DNA of 63,589 bases, counting the filler, from a bacterium (lineage in GTDB: Bacteria; JAMORN01), in the NCBI GenBank assembly GCA_027063545.1. It is 11 parts of 11 records of this genome, joined end to end, with 100 filler letters (N's around TTAATTAATTAA, not from the genome) between each part and the next. Parts side by side here need not be neighbours in the genome. Positions count along the whole stretch, not along the records: positions 6,444 to 12,738 come from JAMORN010000157.1; positions 12,839 to 19,029 come from JAMORN010000158.1; positions 19,130 to 25,264 come from JAMORN010000159.1; 8 more parts are not named here. One strand, written 5' to 3'. This document shows, in pieces, positions 9,922 through 19,531 of the stretch. Position numbers and translations under genes: made by a program. The notes beneath the pieces were generated by a model, which saw nothing but the letters and a program-made list of their open reading frames with translations, made no database searches and was not told the DNA's origin. How positions within the stretch are numbered: position 1 is the first letter of the stretch; every line of letters starts with the position of its first letter.

Positions 9922-10818
9922 TTATAGCTCTTCACTTATCGGTTTTAATATTCTTATAAGCCCAGTATCTGTAATTTCCATAAAATGAGTTCTAGTATCA
10001 TGGCCAGATAGTCTACAACCGTCAATTCTAAATAGTCTAACAACCTCTCCTAGTTTTTTCTTATATGTTCTAGCCATATATTGAGAAGATATTAATTCTT
10101 TAGCTAAAACTATACTTCCATCAACTATATGTCCAACAGCATAACCACCTGCTGCCTCTGCTGTTAAGTCCTCATGACTATTTCTTTTTTGAGAAATAAA
10201 TATGGCAGTTTGATACCACTTTTTCATAAAATTAAATAGTTTTCTAACAATAGTTCTTGCCATTACCTCTTTGCTTTCAAAAAGTCCGGTGATAGAATCA
10301 ATAACAGTAAATTTAATGTTATATGTTTTTATTGCATATGCTAGTGTTGCTAAAAGTTCAGGAATATTTTCTCTTATAGCTGAATTGGATGCAGCATCTA
10401 TTAGTATTATATTATCTTCAATTTCTTCAAATTTATATCCCATAGCATAACTTCTATATTTAAGAGAAGAGATAACAAAATTAGCAGGAGATTCCACAGT
10501 AATATAAGCAACTTTTTGTCCTCTTTTTGCTTGTGTTATAGTAAATTGTTCAGCAAATATAGTTTTTCCAGTATCATTTGTCCCTGTAAGATTGAAAACA
10601 GAATAAGCAGGTATTCCTTTTAAAGATACTTTTTTTACTTCTCCTGTTTCTTCATCAACTTTTATTGTATAAAATAAATCATCTAGTCCTTCTATACCTG
10701 TTGGAATTCCATAAATTTCTTTAGCCTCTTTAACTATTTTTGCTCCTACCAGAATACTTTCTTTATGGATTAGTTCTTCGTAATTATTTTGAGTTTTTTT
10801 AGTTTCTTCATTTGTCAT
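9922..10818 (-). CDS. Single-domain KaiC-family ATPase (TIGR03878-like, thermophile type)
   Basis: GIPTGIEGLD, GTNDTGKT P-loop, VIDSITG, SQKR, EAAGGYAVGHIVDG, RIDGCRLSGHD. Confidence 0.85.
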   Translation of the reverse strand: MTNEETKKTQNNYEELIHKESILVGAKIVKEAKEIYGIPTGIEGLDDLFYTIKVDEETGEVKKVSLKGIPAYSVFNLTGTNDTGKTIFAEQFTITQAKRGQKVAYITVESPANFVISSLKYRSYAMGYKFEEIEDNIILIDAASNSAIRENIPELLATLAYAIKTYNIKFTVIDSITGLFESKEVMARTIVRKLFNFMKKWYQTAIFISQKRNSHEDLTAEAAGGYAVGHIVDGSIVLAKELISSQYMARTYKKKLGEVVRLFRIDGCRLSGHDTRTHFMEITDTGLIRILKPISEEL

Positions 10819-10834
10819 ATTTTCAGTCCTTTTT

Positions 10835-12736
10835 TTATATTTTTTTAACTCTATTTTGCAGTTTAAATAGATAATTTAAAGCCTCAATTGGTGTCATATT
10901 ATTTAGATTAAGTTTTTTAATTTCTGTAAGGATTGATTCTATCTCTAAATTTTCATTATTAAACAACGTTAAATTTTCATTATTTACATTTTTAACAGTT
11001 TCATTTTCATCTAATATTATTGAAATTTCATATTTTTCAATTTTATTTAAGATTTCTTTTGCCCTTTCAATTACTTTTTGGGGTACACCTGCTAATTTAG
11101 CAACATCTATGCCATATGAATCACTCACACTACCAGGTACTAATTTTCTTAAAAATATAAGCTTATCGTCTTCTCTTTTTATTGCTATATTATAGTTTTT
11201 TACTTTTGGAAGTATCTCTTCAATCTCAGTAAGTTCATGATAATGGGTGGCAAATAGTGTTTTAGGATTTCTATTTTTTTCATTATGGAGATATTCAACT
11301 ATTGCCCAAGCAAGAGAAAGTCCATCAAAAGTAGAAGTTCCTCTCCCTACTTCATCAAGAATAACTAAAGATCTATTTGTTGCATTATTTAAAATATTTG
11401 CAACTTCACTCATCTCAACTAAAAATGTACTTTGTCCTTTAGATAATCTGTCATATGCTCCTATTCTTGAGAATATTTTATCCACAATAGATATTTCTGC
11501 ATGTTCTGCAGGTACAAAAGATCCGATATGAGCAAGAAATACAATCAAAGCAACTTGCCTTAAATAAGTAGATTTACCCGCCATATTAGGACCTGTAATT
11601 ATCATAATTTGATTTTCTTTATCAAGATATGTATCATTAGGAATAAATTTTTCTTCTTTTATAATTTTTTCAATAACAGGATGTCTTCCATTTTTTATAA
11701 ATAATCTATCTGTTTCTGTAATTTCAGGTTTTGTATAGTGATTTTCTATAGCAACTATACTGAATGAGATTAAAACATCCAAAAGAGCAATAGCTTTAGA
11801 TGTATTTTGAAATTTTTCAATACTTTTAGATAGTTTTTCAATAATAGAGTTGTATATCTCATTTTCTAACTCTTCAACCTTTTCTTCCCCAAATAGAATA
11901 ATTTCTTCAGCTTTTTTTAGTTCTTCTGTAATATATCGTTCTGCATTTACAAGTGTTTGTTTCCTTATATAATCATCAGGCACATTATGGATTTGGGTTT
12001 TAGGAATCTCAATATAATATCCAAATACCTTATTATATTTAATTTTTAAACTATTTATTTTTGTTCTTTCCCTCTCTTTTTGTTCCAATTCTATTAGATA
12101 TTTTTTTGAATTTCTAATTTTATCAATAATAGAATCAAGTTCTTGAGAAAATCCTTCTTTTATTATTCTTTTATCACCTTCAATTATCTTTTCATTTATA
12201 GAGTTATGTATAAGTTCATATTCAGATGTTAGATTTTCTATATTATCTATAATTTCTTTTTTTATAAGAGAAACTTCTTTACAATTTTTTTCTAAAATTT
12301 CCTTGATTTCTTTAATAGATGGGATTGCTTGTTTAATTGTTAAAAGATCCTTAGGAGTTATCTTTCTATATATAAGTTTATTAGATATTCTTTCAATATC
12401 ATATATTTGTTTTAATAGTTTTATAATTTTTTCTCTAGTAGAAGAATCTTTATAGAAAAATTCTACAGCTTCAAGTCTTTTTTTGATTTTTTCTTTATTT
12501 TTTAAGGGATATGTTAAGAAAAGTTTTAATAGTCTTGTACCCATAGGAGTAGATGTTCTTTTTAAAATATTAAAAAGTGTTGATTTGTAATCATCTGAAT
12601 GAAGTGGTTCTAAAATTTCAAGATTTCTAAAAGTATTGTAATCTATTTCTAAAAATTCAGAGGATGAACGTTTTTGAATATTTCTAAAATGTTTTGGTTT
12701 TATTTTTTTTGTATCAGAAAAATATGTAATAATAAC
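10835..12736 (-). CDS. mutS: DNA mismatch repair protein MutS, 5'-truncated
   Basis: Frame open to gap (RNLEILEP...TPMGTRLL), RKQTLVNAERY, TGPNMAGKSTYLRQ, STFLVEM, DEVGRGTST, FATHYHELT, SYGIDVA. Confidence 0.97.
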   Translation of the reverse strand, partial: VIITYFSDTKKIKPKHFRNIQKRSSSEFLEIDYNTFRNLEILEPLHSDDYKSTLFNILKRTSTPMGTRLLKLFLTYPLKNKEKIKKRLEAVEFFYKDSSTREKIIKLLKQIYDIERISNKLIYRKITPKDLLTIKQAIPSIKEIKEILEKNCKEVSLIKKEIIDNIENLTSEYELIHNSINEKIIEGDKRIIKEGFSQELDSIIDKIRNSKKYLIELEQKERERTKINSLKIKYNKVFGYYIEIPKTQIHNVPDDYIRKQTLVNAERYITEELKKAEEIILFGEEKVEELENEIYNSIIEKLSKSIEKFQNTSKAIALLDVLISFSIVAIENHYTKPEITETDRLFIKNGRHPVIEKIIKEEKFIPNDTYLDKENQIMIITGPNMAGKSTYLRQVALIVFLAHIGSFVPAEHAEISIVDKIFSRIGAYDRLSKGQSTFLVEMSEVANILNNATNRSLVILDEVGRGTSTFDGLSLAWAIVEYLHNEKNRNPKTLFATHYHELTEIEEILPKVKNYNIAIKREDDKLIFLRKLVPGSVSDSYGIDVAKLAGVPQKVIERAKEILNKIEKYEISIILDENETVKNVNNENLTLFNNENLEIESILTEIKKLNLNNMTPIEALNYLFKLQNRVKKI

Positions 12737-12738
12737 AC

Positions 12739-12838
12739 NNNNNNNNNNNNNNNNNNNNNNNNNNNNNNNNNNNNNNNNNNNNTTAATTAATTAANNNNNN
12801 NNNNNNNNNNNNNNNNNNNNNNNNNNNNNNNNNNNNNN
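12739..12838. other. Artificial contig spacer
   Basis: Same 100-nt N/TTAATTAATTAA linker. Confidence 0.99.
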
Positions 12839-12840
12839 CC

Positions 12841-13098
12841 AATTCATCAAATTACAATATCATAAATATTAATATATATCCTATTGAATTATTTGAAGAT
12901 AGCATTTATAATCAAGAAAAATTTTCTACATATGAATATTCTAAACAAACAAATATAGATATTTGGCAAGACTATACAAAAAGAACTATATATATCAAAG
13001 ATACTATAGATTCTATTTATATAAATATAGATTATGCTGCTTCTAATCCCGAAGATGCAGATTCCATAAAAACTATAATACTAGAAAATATTAAATAA
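12841..13098 (+). CDS. 3' fragment of a hypothetical protein
   Basis: Open frame from contig start to TAA at 13098 (...DIWQDYTKRTIYIKDTIDS...ILENIK*); no recognisable motif. Confidence 0.55.
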   Translation, partial: NSSNYNIININIYPIELFEDSIYNQEKFSTYEYSKQTNIDIWQDYTKRTIYIKDTIDSIYINIDYAASNPEDADSIKTIILENIK

Positions 13099-13106
13099 AA
13101 ACTTAG

Positions 13107-13157
13107 ATAAAAGGTCAGCTCTATTTTTTTCTTGACTTTATAGAGTTGACCTTTTAT
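13107..13157 (+). terminator. 18-bp inverted repeat, terminator and/or operator overlapping a putative ttuA promoter
   Basis: ATAAAAGGTCAGCTCTAT-N15-ATAGAGTTGACCTTTTAT (17/18 match), followed by a T-run; TTGACT-N17-TATTTT at 13132-13160. Confidence 0.6.
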
Positions 13158-13207
13158 TTTTTTAATCTAAAAATCACTAAAATTATAATAATAGAGGTAT
13201 AGAGTAT

Positions 13208-14137
13208 ATGGCTCTATGTAGAGTATGTAAAGATAAAGGGATAAAAAAAGAAGCTGACGTTTTTTTAAAAGAGGATAAACTTTATCTATGTGAACAACAT
13301 TTTAATGAAAGATTTGAAAAAAATGTCCTATCAACTATAAAAAAATATAGAATGGCAAAAAAAGATGATAAAATTCTTGTAGCTCTATCTGGTGGAAAGG
13401 ATAGTATGGCTTTATGGTATGTTTTAAATAAATTGGGATATAATGCAAAAGGTTTTCATATAGATTTAGGAATAGGAGAATACTCAAAAAAGTCAAAGGA
13501 AGTAGTTTTAACACTAGCTAATATATTAAAGCAAGAAGTAATTATTATTGACATAAAAAAAGAATTGGGAGCAACTATCCCTAAAATAGCTAATAAAATT
13601 ACTAGAAAAACTTGTGCTATTTGTGGAACTATAAAAAGATATTACTTCAATTATGTAGCTCATAAAAACAGATTTAATATAATAGCCACAGGCCATAATT
13701 TCGATGATGAAGTATCTACATTATTTGGAAATATATTACAATGGAACTTTAAATATCTCTCTAAAAAATACCCTGTTTTATGGGAAGATGAATTTTTTCC
13801 AAGGAAAATTAAACCATTTGCTTTAACAACAGAAGAAGAGATAATTAATTACGTAAAATTTAATAAAATACCATATATAACCTGTAGATGTCCTATGAGT
13901 GAAAATACCCCAACTAACTATATATACAAAGAAATTCTATTAGAATTAAGTGGAAAATTTAGAGGATTAAGAAAAAAATTTTATAAAACTTATCTAAAAG
14001 ATGTTTTTCCTCTTTTCAATCAGCAAAAAGAAAAATATTTAAATAAAAAATTAACTCATTGTAAGATATGTGGAGAACCTTCTTTACATGAAATCTGTAG
14101 TGTATGCCAAATAAAACAAAAACTTAAAGAGAATTAA
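13208..14137 (+). CDS. ttuA: tRNA 2-thiouridine synthetase, TtuA/Ncs6 family
   Basis: N-terminal CxxC...CxxH, SGGKDS PP-loop, CAICG, GHNFDD, CP, C-terminal CxxC...CxxC zinc finger. Confidence 0.85.
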   Translation: MALCRVCKDKGIKKEADVFLKEDKLYLCEQHFNERFEKNVLSTIKKYRMAKKDDKILVALSGGKDSMALWYVLNKLGYNAKGFHIDLGIGEYSKKSKEVVLTLANILKQEVIIIDIKKELGATIPKIANKITRKTCAICGTIKRYYFNYVAHKNRFNIIATGHNFDDEVSTLFGNILQWNFKYLSKKYPVLWEDEFFPRKIKPFALTTEEEIINYVKFNKIPYITCRCPMSENTPTNYIYKEILLELSGKFRGLRKKFYKTYLKDVFPLFNQQKEKYLNKKLTHCKICGEPSLHEICSVCQIKQKLKEN

Positions 14138-14988
14138 AAGAGCTTTTCTATAAACTTAAAAAAACCTATATCCTCAAAAAAATCTTTTAATACTAAAGAA
14201 GGTATCTGTCTTTCAACTATAGCATTAACTACCTCTTTATTAAAAGGAATCTTTAAAGAAAATTCCTCTCCCTCACTTTTTAAATATGCCTCTATTTTTT
14301 CTGTCATTTCAATATTCAAGTCATACTTATTAATAACAAAAAATGTCTTTATTTTAAAACTCTTAACTAACTCATATACCCTTTTTAAATCATGCAACCC
14401 AGAATTAGTTGGCTCTGTAACTATTATAACCTTTCCTGCTCCTGTTATTGAAGATATAACATTACATGCAACTCCCGGTGTTCCATCTACTATTAAATTA
14501 GATTTGCCTAATTCATTGGCTATCTTTTTGGCCCTCAATCGTACCTCTGAAACTAATTTTCCAGAAGTCTCTTCCCCAGGAATAAGTCTTGCATGTACCA
14601 TTGGACCCCATTTTGTCTCTGAAATAAATATATTTCCAACAACAATATCCTTCATAGAGATAGCATCAGTAGGACATACATATGCACATACCCCACAACC
14701 CTCACATTTAGCTATATTTATTCTAATATCTTCACTAATAGCTCCAAACCTACAATTTTGATAACATAATCCACAATATGTACATCTATCATAATCAATA
14801 ACAGCTTTTTTTGTTCCTACAAAATCTATAATTTCTTTAATTTCTGGAGAAGTTAAAATATATAAATCTGGAGCATCTACATCACAATCTGCTATAACTT
14901 TATCTTCAATATATGGTATTAATGAGGAAGTAAGTGTTGTCTTACCAGTACCTCCTTTACCAGAAATTACAACAATTTCATTTAGCAT
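14134..14988 (-). CDS. MinD-like P-loop ATPase with 2x[4Fe-4S] insert (COG1149-like)
   Basis: SGKGGTGKTT, DCDVDAPDL, CxxCxxC...C ferredoxin motifs, SGKLV, VTEPTNSGLHD. Confidence 0.9.
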   Translation of the reverse strand: MLNEIVVISGKGGTGKTTLTSSLIPYIEDKVIADCDVDAPDLYILTSPEIKEIIDFVGTKKAVIDYDRCTYCGLCYQNCRFGAISEDIRINIAKCEGCGVCAYVCPTDAISMKDIVVGNIFISETKWGPMVHARLIPGEETSGKLVSEVRLRAKKIANELGKSNLIVDGTPGVACNVISSITGAGKVIIVTEPTNSGLHDLKRVYELVKSFKIKTFFVINKYDLNIEMTEKIEAYLKSEGEEFSLKIPFNKEVVNAIVERQIPSLVLKDFFEDIGFFKFIEKLF

Positions 14989-15009
14989 ATTTCTCTTCCT
15001 TTTAATTAA

Positions 15010-15630
15010 TTAAGATTTTATAAACTCCATTGTCACAAACGAGCCTATTCCATAACCTTCTATTACATCATCAAATCCTTCTGGATTTATTGTTTGATAT
15101 ATTCTACCAACATTAAAAAAAGACTCCTTTGCAAATTCTATTACCTCATCCGATGTAAAAAAATTAGCTATATAATAAAATTTACTATTACTTCTTTTTT
15201 TCTCATATAATCTTCCCAACTCACTATCTTTATCTACAAAACCAACAATTAATCTTCCATTCTTATCCAATACTCTATTTATTTCTTTAAAAACCTTTAA
15301 AGGCTTATCTACAAAACAAATTGTCGTCACAAACATAATTAAGTCTAAAGAATTATCTTTTAATGGGAGCTCTTCTGCTATAGCCCTTACTACATTTAAT
15401 CCTTTTTTCTTTGCTATTTTTAACATCTTAATAGAAGGATCTATACCATATTTTATTCCAAAAGGTAAAGAAAATCTACCTGTTCCTATTCCAACCTCAA
15501 ATCCTCTAGAAAATTTTATATTCTGTAGAATTCTTTTTATAGCTTTTATTTCCAAAGAATATAAATCTTTATGCTCTTCAAACCATAAATCATAATAATG
15601 ATAATACTCTTCAAATGGTTCTATTTTCAT
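15010..15630 (-). CDS. Class I SAM-dependent methyltransferase
   Basis: EVGIGTGRF motif I, GIDPS, AEELP, TTICFVD. Confidence 0.88.
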   Translation of the reverse strand: MKIEPFEEYYHYYDLWFEEHKDLYSLEIKAIKRILQNIKFSRGFEVGIGTGRFSLPFGIKYGIDPSIKMLKIAKKKGLNVVRAIAEELPLKDNSLDLIMFVTTICFVDKPLKVFKEINRVLDKNGRLIVGFVDKDSELGRLYEKKRSNSKFYYIANFFTSDEVIEFAKESFFNVGRIYQTINPEGFDDVIEGYGIGSFVTMEFIKS

Positions 15631-16481
15631 AATAATTCTTTTATATTATTATAAATTGCTGTAAATATTTCATTATAACTTTTTATATAAGTAGAAATAA
15701 GCTCTCCTTTAGAATAATAATCGACAATAAGTTTATCAAAATTAATTTCTCCTAAAATAGGAATACCCTCTTTATTCAAATAGTCATAAATCTCTCTAGA
15801 ACCTAAATTTGCTCTATTAATTACAACTCCAAATTTTATATCTAATTCCTTTAACATCTCTATTACTAACTTCATATCAGAAATTCCAAATGGAGTTGGT
15901 TCACTAACTAATACTGCGAAATCAACTCCTTCAACGGTATTATAGGCAGAACAAGATGTACCAGGGGGAGAGTCTATTATACATAAATAACCTTTTTGGG
16001 AATACTCATTAGAAATAGCTCTTAAATCCTTTATTATATCTGTTGCTGCTAATTCTCCAATGTTTAAAATACCATAGTAAAATTTAAATCCTAAATCAGT
16101 ATCTCTTTCTATAATTTTACCTATATCCCTTTCTGTATACTCTATAGCATCTCTAGAACAAACCATCTTACATCCACCACAGCCATGACATGATTGAGGA
16201 ATTACAATAACCTTTTTTTTACCTACTAATATCCCTCCAAATTGGCAAAACTTACCACATTCACCACATAAATCACACTTATTTTCATCAACAACAGGAT
16301 AAATTACATTTACCTTCTCCTCTTTTATATCCTTACCTTTAAAAAATAAATGAGAATTTGGTTCCTCTACATCATTATCAAAAAAAACAATTTTCTCTTT
16401 TTTTGCTATAATAGCTGCTAAATTTGTACTTACAAAAGTCTTTCCTACACCACCCTTTCCACTTAATATTGCTATTTGCAT
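15627..16481 (-). CDS. MinD-like P-loop ATPase with 2x[4Fe-4S] insert (second paralog)
   Basis: SGKGGVGKT, DNDVEEPN, CDLCGEC...C and CHGCGGC...C, DSPPGTSC, SEPTPFG. Confidence 0.9.
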   Translation of the reverse strand: MQIAILSGKGGVGKTFVSTNLAAIIAKKEKIVFFDNDVEEPNSHLFFKGKDIKEEKVNVIYPVVDENKCDLCGECGKFCQFGGILVGKKKVIVIPQSCHGCGGCKMVCSRDAIEYTERDIGKIIERDTDLGFKFYYGILNIGELAATDIIKDLRAISNEYSQKGYLCIIDSPPGTSCSAYNTVEGVDFAVLVSEPTPFGISDMKLVIEMLKELDIKFGVVINRANLGSREIYDYLNKEGIPILGEINFDKLIVDYYSKGELISTYIKSYNEIFTAIYNNIKELL

Positions 16482-16484
16482 AAT

Positions 16485-16823
16485 TTATACCTTTTGTAAT
16501 TTATTATTATTGTATAAATCTATAACTTCCTTTACACTCATATTAAAATTGTCTAATTTATATGCATCTATTCCTAAAGCATCTAAAGTATCTTTTGATT
16601 TTGGACCTACTTCATAGGCAATAACTACATCAACATTATTGTCAGATAATAATTGAACAGCTTGACGTCCAGCCCCACTGGCAACATCTTTAGCTGTATT
16701 TTCTATTATTTCTAGACTATCTTTATCAGTATCATATATAGCAAAAAAAGCTCCTCTTCCAAATCTTTCATCAATTAATGAATCCCACCCCTTATCTTCT
16801 CTTACTGGTACTGCTATTCTCAT
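16485..16823 (-). CDS. NifB/NifX-family small protein
   Basis: MRIAVP, RFGRGAFFAIYD, GAGRQAVQ, VGPK. Confidence 0.88.
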   Translation of the reverse strand: MRIAVPVREDKGWDSLIDERFGRGAFFAIYDTDKDSLEIIENTAKDVASGAGRQAVQLLSDNNVDVVIAYEVGPKSKDTLDALGIDAYKLDNFNMSVKEVIDLYNNNKLQKV

Positions 16824-16922
16824 ATCCTTTTTCTCCTTTTTAATTTAATTAACTTTTAAATTTAGACCTTTCTAACTTTATTAGTTTAAAATAATAATTT
16901 TTAATTAAATAATCAAAATATT

Positions 16923-17400
16923 TTAAAATCTTCTTCTGTTATATTTTTTATTATATTCTATAGATTTATTTCTTAATAAAATTATGGGTAAAATATTTTG
17001 TTCAAATGTTTTCTTTTGAGTTGAAGTTAAAATAGTAAAATAGGCTATTTTATTTTTTAATAAAATTAACTTTATATTCTCTATTTTTTCTAATTTTTTA
17101 TTGATCTTATTTTTATTAAATCCTTCATTTAGAATTATTTCATCTATATCTAATTTTAATCTTTTGAATTTTATATACATAATCCAAATTCTTTTTACGA
17201 TATTCTAGAAAAAATTCTCTAATTTTATCTTTTTGCTTATCTGTCAAATTTAAAGTGGTATCTACTAAAATATAGCTTATTACTCTTGAATGATAAGGTA
17301 ATCTACTTCTATTTTCTTTTTTAAATCCTCGAGAATAAACTTCTATATTTATCATAAATAAAAAAATTAAAATAAGAATTAAGTATTCTTTCCTATTCAT
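16923..17400 (-). pseudogene. Frameshifted Spy/CpxP-like periplasmic protein
   Basis: Signal peptide and LNLTDKQ in ORF 17140-17400, ILTSTQK in ORF 16923-17180; one-base shift near 17155 rejoins them; SD AAGGAGG. Confidence 0.65.
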
Positions 17401-17414
17401 TTTATACCTCCTTT

Positions 17415-17706
17415 TTATAGATTTTCTTCATTTATTATAAAGTCCTCTATGTATATATCATCTTCTATATCATTAAAAATAAAAATATAGCTATTTATAT
17501 CTTCATTTATATAATCATCTATATTTAATGTATCTGTATAACTATAAGCTTCCGAAAAAAAATGAATCTTTCATATTTAACAATAACAAAAAATAAGAAA
17601 ATATACCTATAAATAATATTAATAAAAAGGAGTGTTTTATTATTATATTTATTATATCTTCTTCACTAAAATCAATTTCTGGCTATATTGGCTTATAACT
17701 TAGCAT
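17415..17706 (-). pseudogene. Disrupted single-TM putative anti-sigma factor
   Basis: SD AAGGAGG + ATG at 17706; MLSYKPI then in-frame TAG, continues PEIDFSEED...TM (SFLLILFIGIFSYFLLL), then a shift in the T8 run near 17555 into an acidic tail ending at TAA 17415. Confidence 0.55.
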
Positions 17707-18247
17707 CTTTTACCTCCTTTTTTAATTTCTTTAATATTCTCAAATGTAATACATCAACGTATGAAGGCTTTATATTAAGAATATCTGCTATTTCCTTGGA
17801 ACTTTTACCATCCAAATATCTTAAATAAATAGTTCTCTCTTGAGGATTTAATTTTTTTATAACTTTCTCTATAATCTCTTTACTCTCAGAATTATCAAAA
17901 CTTTTATCCTATATATTTTAAGTTCTTAAATACTAAATTATCTTCATTGTATAACCCTATAAATTTCAATAACCTTCTCTTTCTATATTTATCTATAGCG
18001 TTGTTATAGGCTATTTTATACAAATATGTAGAAAAATTATAAGCAGAATTGTAGTTTTTTACTATCTCTTTTAACTTCAAAAAGGTCTCACTCACTACAT
18101 ACAGGCTATCATCTTTATTAAAAAAATATTATATATATAATTAAACAAAGGCCTATAATAATATTTTATAATCATCCTTTGAGCATCTTTATTATCAGGA
18201 TTTTTCTTTAAAATATCAATATATTTATCAATATCAATACTATTCAT
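17693..18247 (-). pseudogene. ECF sigma factor with two frameshifts
   Basis: Region 2 (YYRPLFNYIY / SETFLK...FSTYLYKIAYNNAID) and region 4 (LNPQERTIYLRYLDGKSSKEIADILNIKPSYV) lie in three segments; shifts near 18120 and 17910. Confidence 0.8.
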
Positions 18248-18305
18248 ATCTGATTCCTTATATATCTATTATACAAAAAGATAAAGTTGAATCTAACAAT
18301 ATTTT

Positions 18306-19028
18306 TTAAAATAAAGACTCTAATTTTTCAAAGAATGTTGGAAAAGAAGTCTCTATCCATTCAGAATTTTTTATCAATACTCCTTCCTCTGATGCAAGTC
18401 CCAATACTGCAAAACTCATAGCTATTCTATGATCCCCGAAACTATCAACAATTCCACCTTTTACTCTACCATTTGTTCCTTTTACTAAGAAACTACCCTG
18501 TGATAATTCCCTACTATCTACACCTACATTATTTAAATTAACAACTACTGACTTTATTCTATCTGTTTCCTTTACCCTTAACTCTTCAACATCTTCAAAA
18601 ATAGTTTCCCCTTCAGCAAAAGCAGCTGCCACAGATAAAATTGGAATCTCATCAATAATAGATGGAATAATAGCCCCACCTATATTTATTCCCTTTAATT
18701 TAGATGGCTTAACTATTATATCACCAATAGGCTCTTTATCTTCATTTCTTACATTAACTATCTCTATATTCGCTCCCATTTCTTTTAAAACACCTATAAA
18801 AGCGCTTCTTGTTGGATTTAATAAAATATCCTTTATTACTACCTCTCCATCTTTTACTATTAACCCAGCAACAACAAAAAAAGCTGCACTTGATACATCA
18901 CCGGGTACATAAAAATTCCTAGCTCCTTTTAATTGTTGTCTAGTAATAGATATATGTCTAATTCCATTTATATTTTCTATTTCAATCTTTCCTCCAAAAA
19001 ATCCTATCATTCTTTCTGTATGATCCCT
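18306..19028 (-). CDS. aroA: EPSP synthase, 5'-truncated
   Basis: RDHTERM, VPGDVSSAAF, IDEIP, ELRVKETDRI, GDHRIAM, SFPTFF. Confidence 0.96.
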   Translation of the reverse strand, partial: RDHTERMIGFFGGKIEIENINGIRHISITRQQLKGARNFYVPGDVSSAAFFVVAGLIVKDGEVVIKDILLNPTRSAFIGVLKEMGANIEIVNVRNEDKEPIGDIIVKPSKLKGINIGGAIIPSIIDEIPILSVAAAFAEGETIFEDVEELRVKETDRIKSVVVNLNNVGVDSRELSQGSFLVKGTNGRVKGGIVDSFGDHRIAMSFAVLGLASEEGVLIKNSEWIETSFPTFFEKLESLF

Positions 19029-19029
19029 T

Positions 19030-19129
19030 NNNNNNNNNNNNNNNNNNNNNNNNNNNNNNNNNNNNNNNNNNNNTTAATTAATTAANNNNNNNNNNNNNNN
19101 NNNNNNNNNNNNNNNNNNNNNNNNNNNNN
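19030..19129. other. Artificial contig spacer
   Basis: Same 100-nt linker. Confidence 0.99.
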
Positions 19130-19531
19130 GTTTTAAAGAATATTGAAATAGCTTTAAAATATTCTCATGTTGAACTAACCACCCTAATAATTCCTGGTTA
19201 TAATGATAATGAGGATAAATATTCTAAATTAATAGAGAATATTGGAAAAAATTTTTCAAAGGATATTCCTCTTCATATTTCAAGATATTTCCCCCATTAC
19301 AAATTTACTGCTCCTCCTACGCCTATAGAAAAGTTAAAATTTTTATATGAAAGAGCAAAGGAATTTTTAAACTATATTTATATAGGAAATATTTTAGATA
19401 CTAGTTATTCAACTACCTATTGTCCATATTGTGGAAAAAAACTTATAGAAAGAGATGGGTATAATATAAAACTTTATACAAATTCGAATATTTGTCCAAA
19501 TTGTAAAAGAGAGTTAAACTTTGTTTTTTAG
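19130..19531 (+). CDS. AmmeMemoRadiSam-type radical SAM enzyme, 3' fragment (not in ORF track)
   Basis: Manual translation HVELTTLIIPGYND...IPLHISRYFPHY...PPTP...YIYIGN...TYCPYCG...CPNC. Confidence 0.85.
   Translation, partial: VLKNIEIALKYSHVELTTLIIPGYNDNEDKYSKLIENIGKNFSKDIPLHISRYFPHYKFTAPPTPIEKLKFLYERAKEFLNYIYIGNILDTSYSTTYCPYCGKKLIERDGYNIKLYTNSNICPNCKRELNFVF

Noticed and set aside
9922-10818. Circadian clock
   Set aside because: Single KaiC domain, no kaiA or kaiB; belongs to the non-clock thermophile family
15002-15013. A copy of TTAATTAATTAA in real sequence
   Set aside because: No flanking Ns, includes the methyltransferase stop codon, and is plausible by chance in this AT-rich DNA
16485-16823. 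Nitrogen fixation gene
   Set aside because: NifX-like fold only; no nifHDK, and the context is the generic MinD-4Fe4S module
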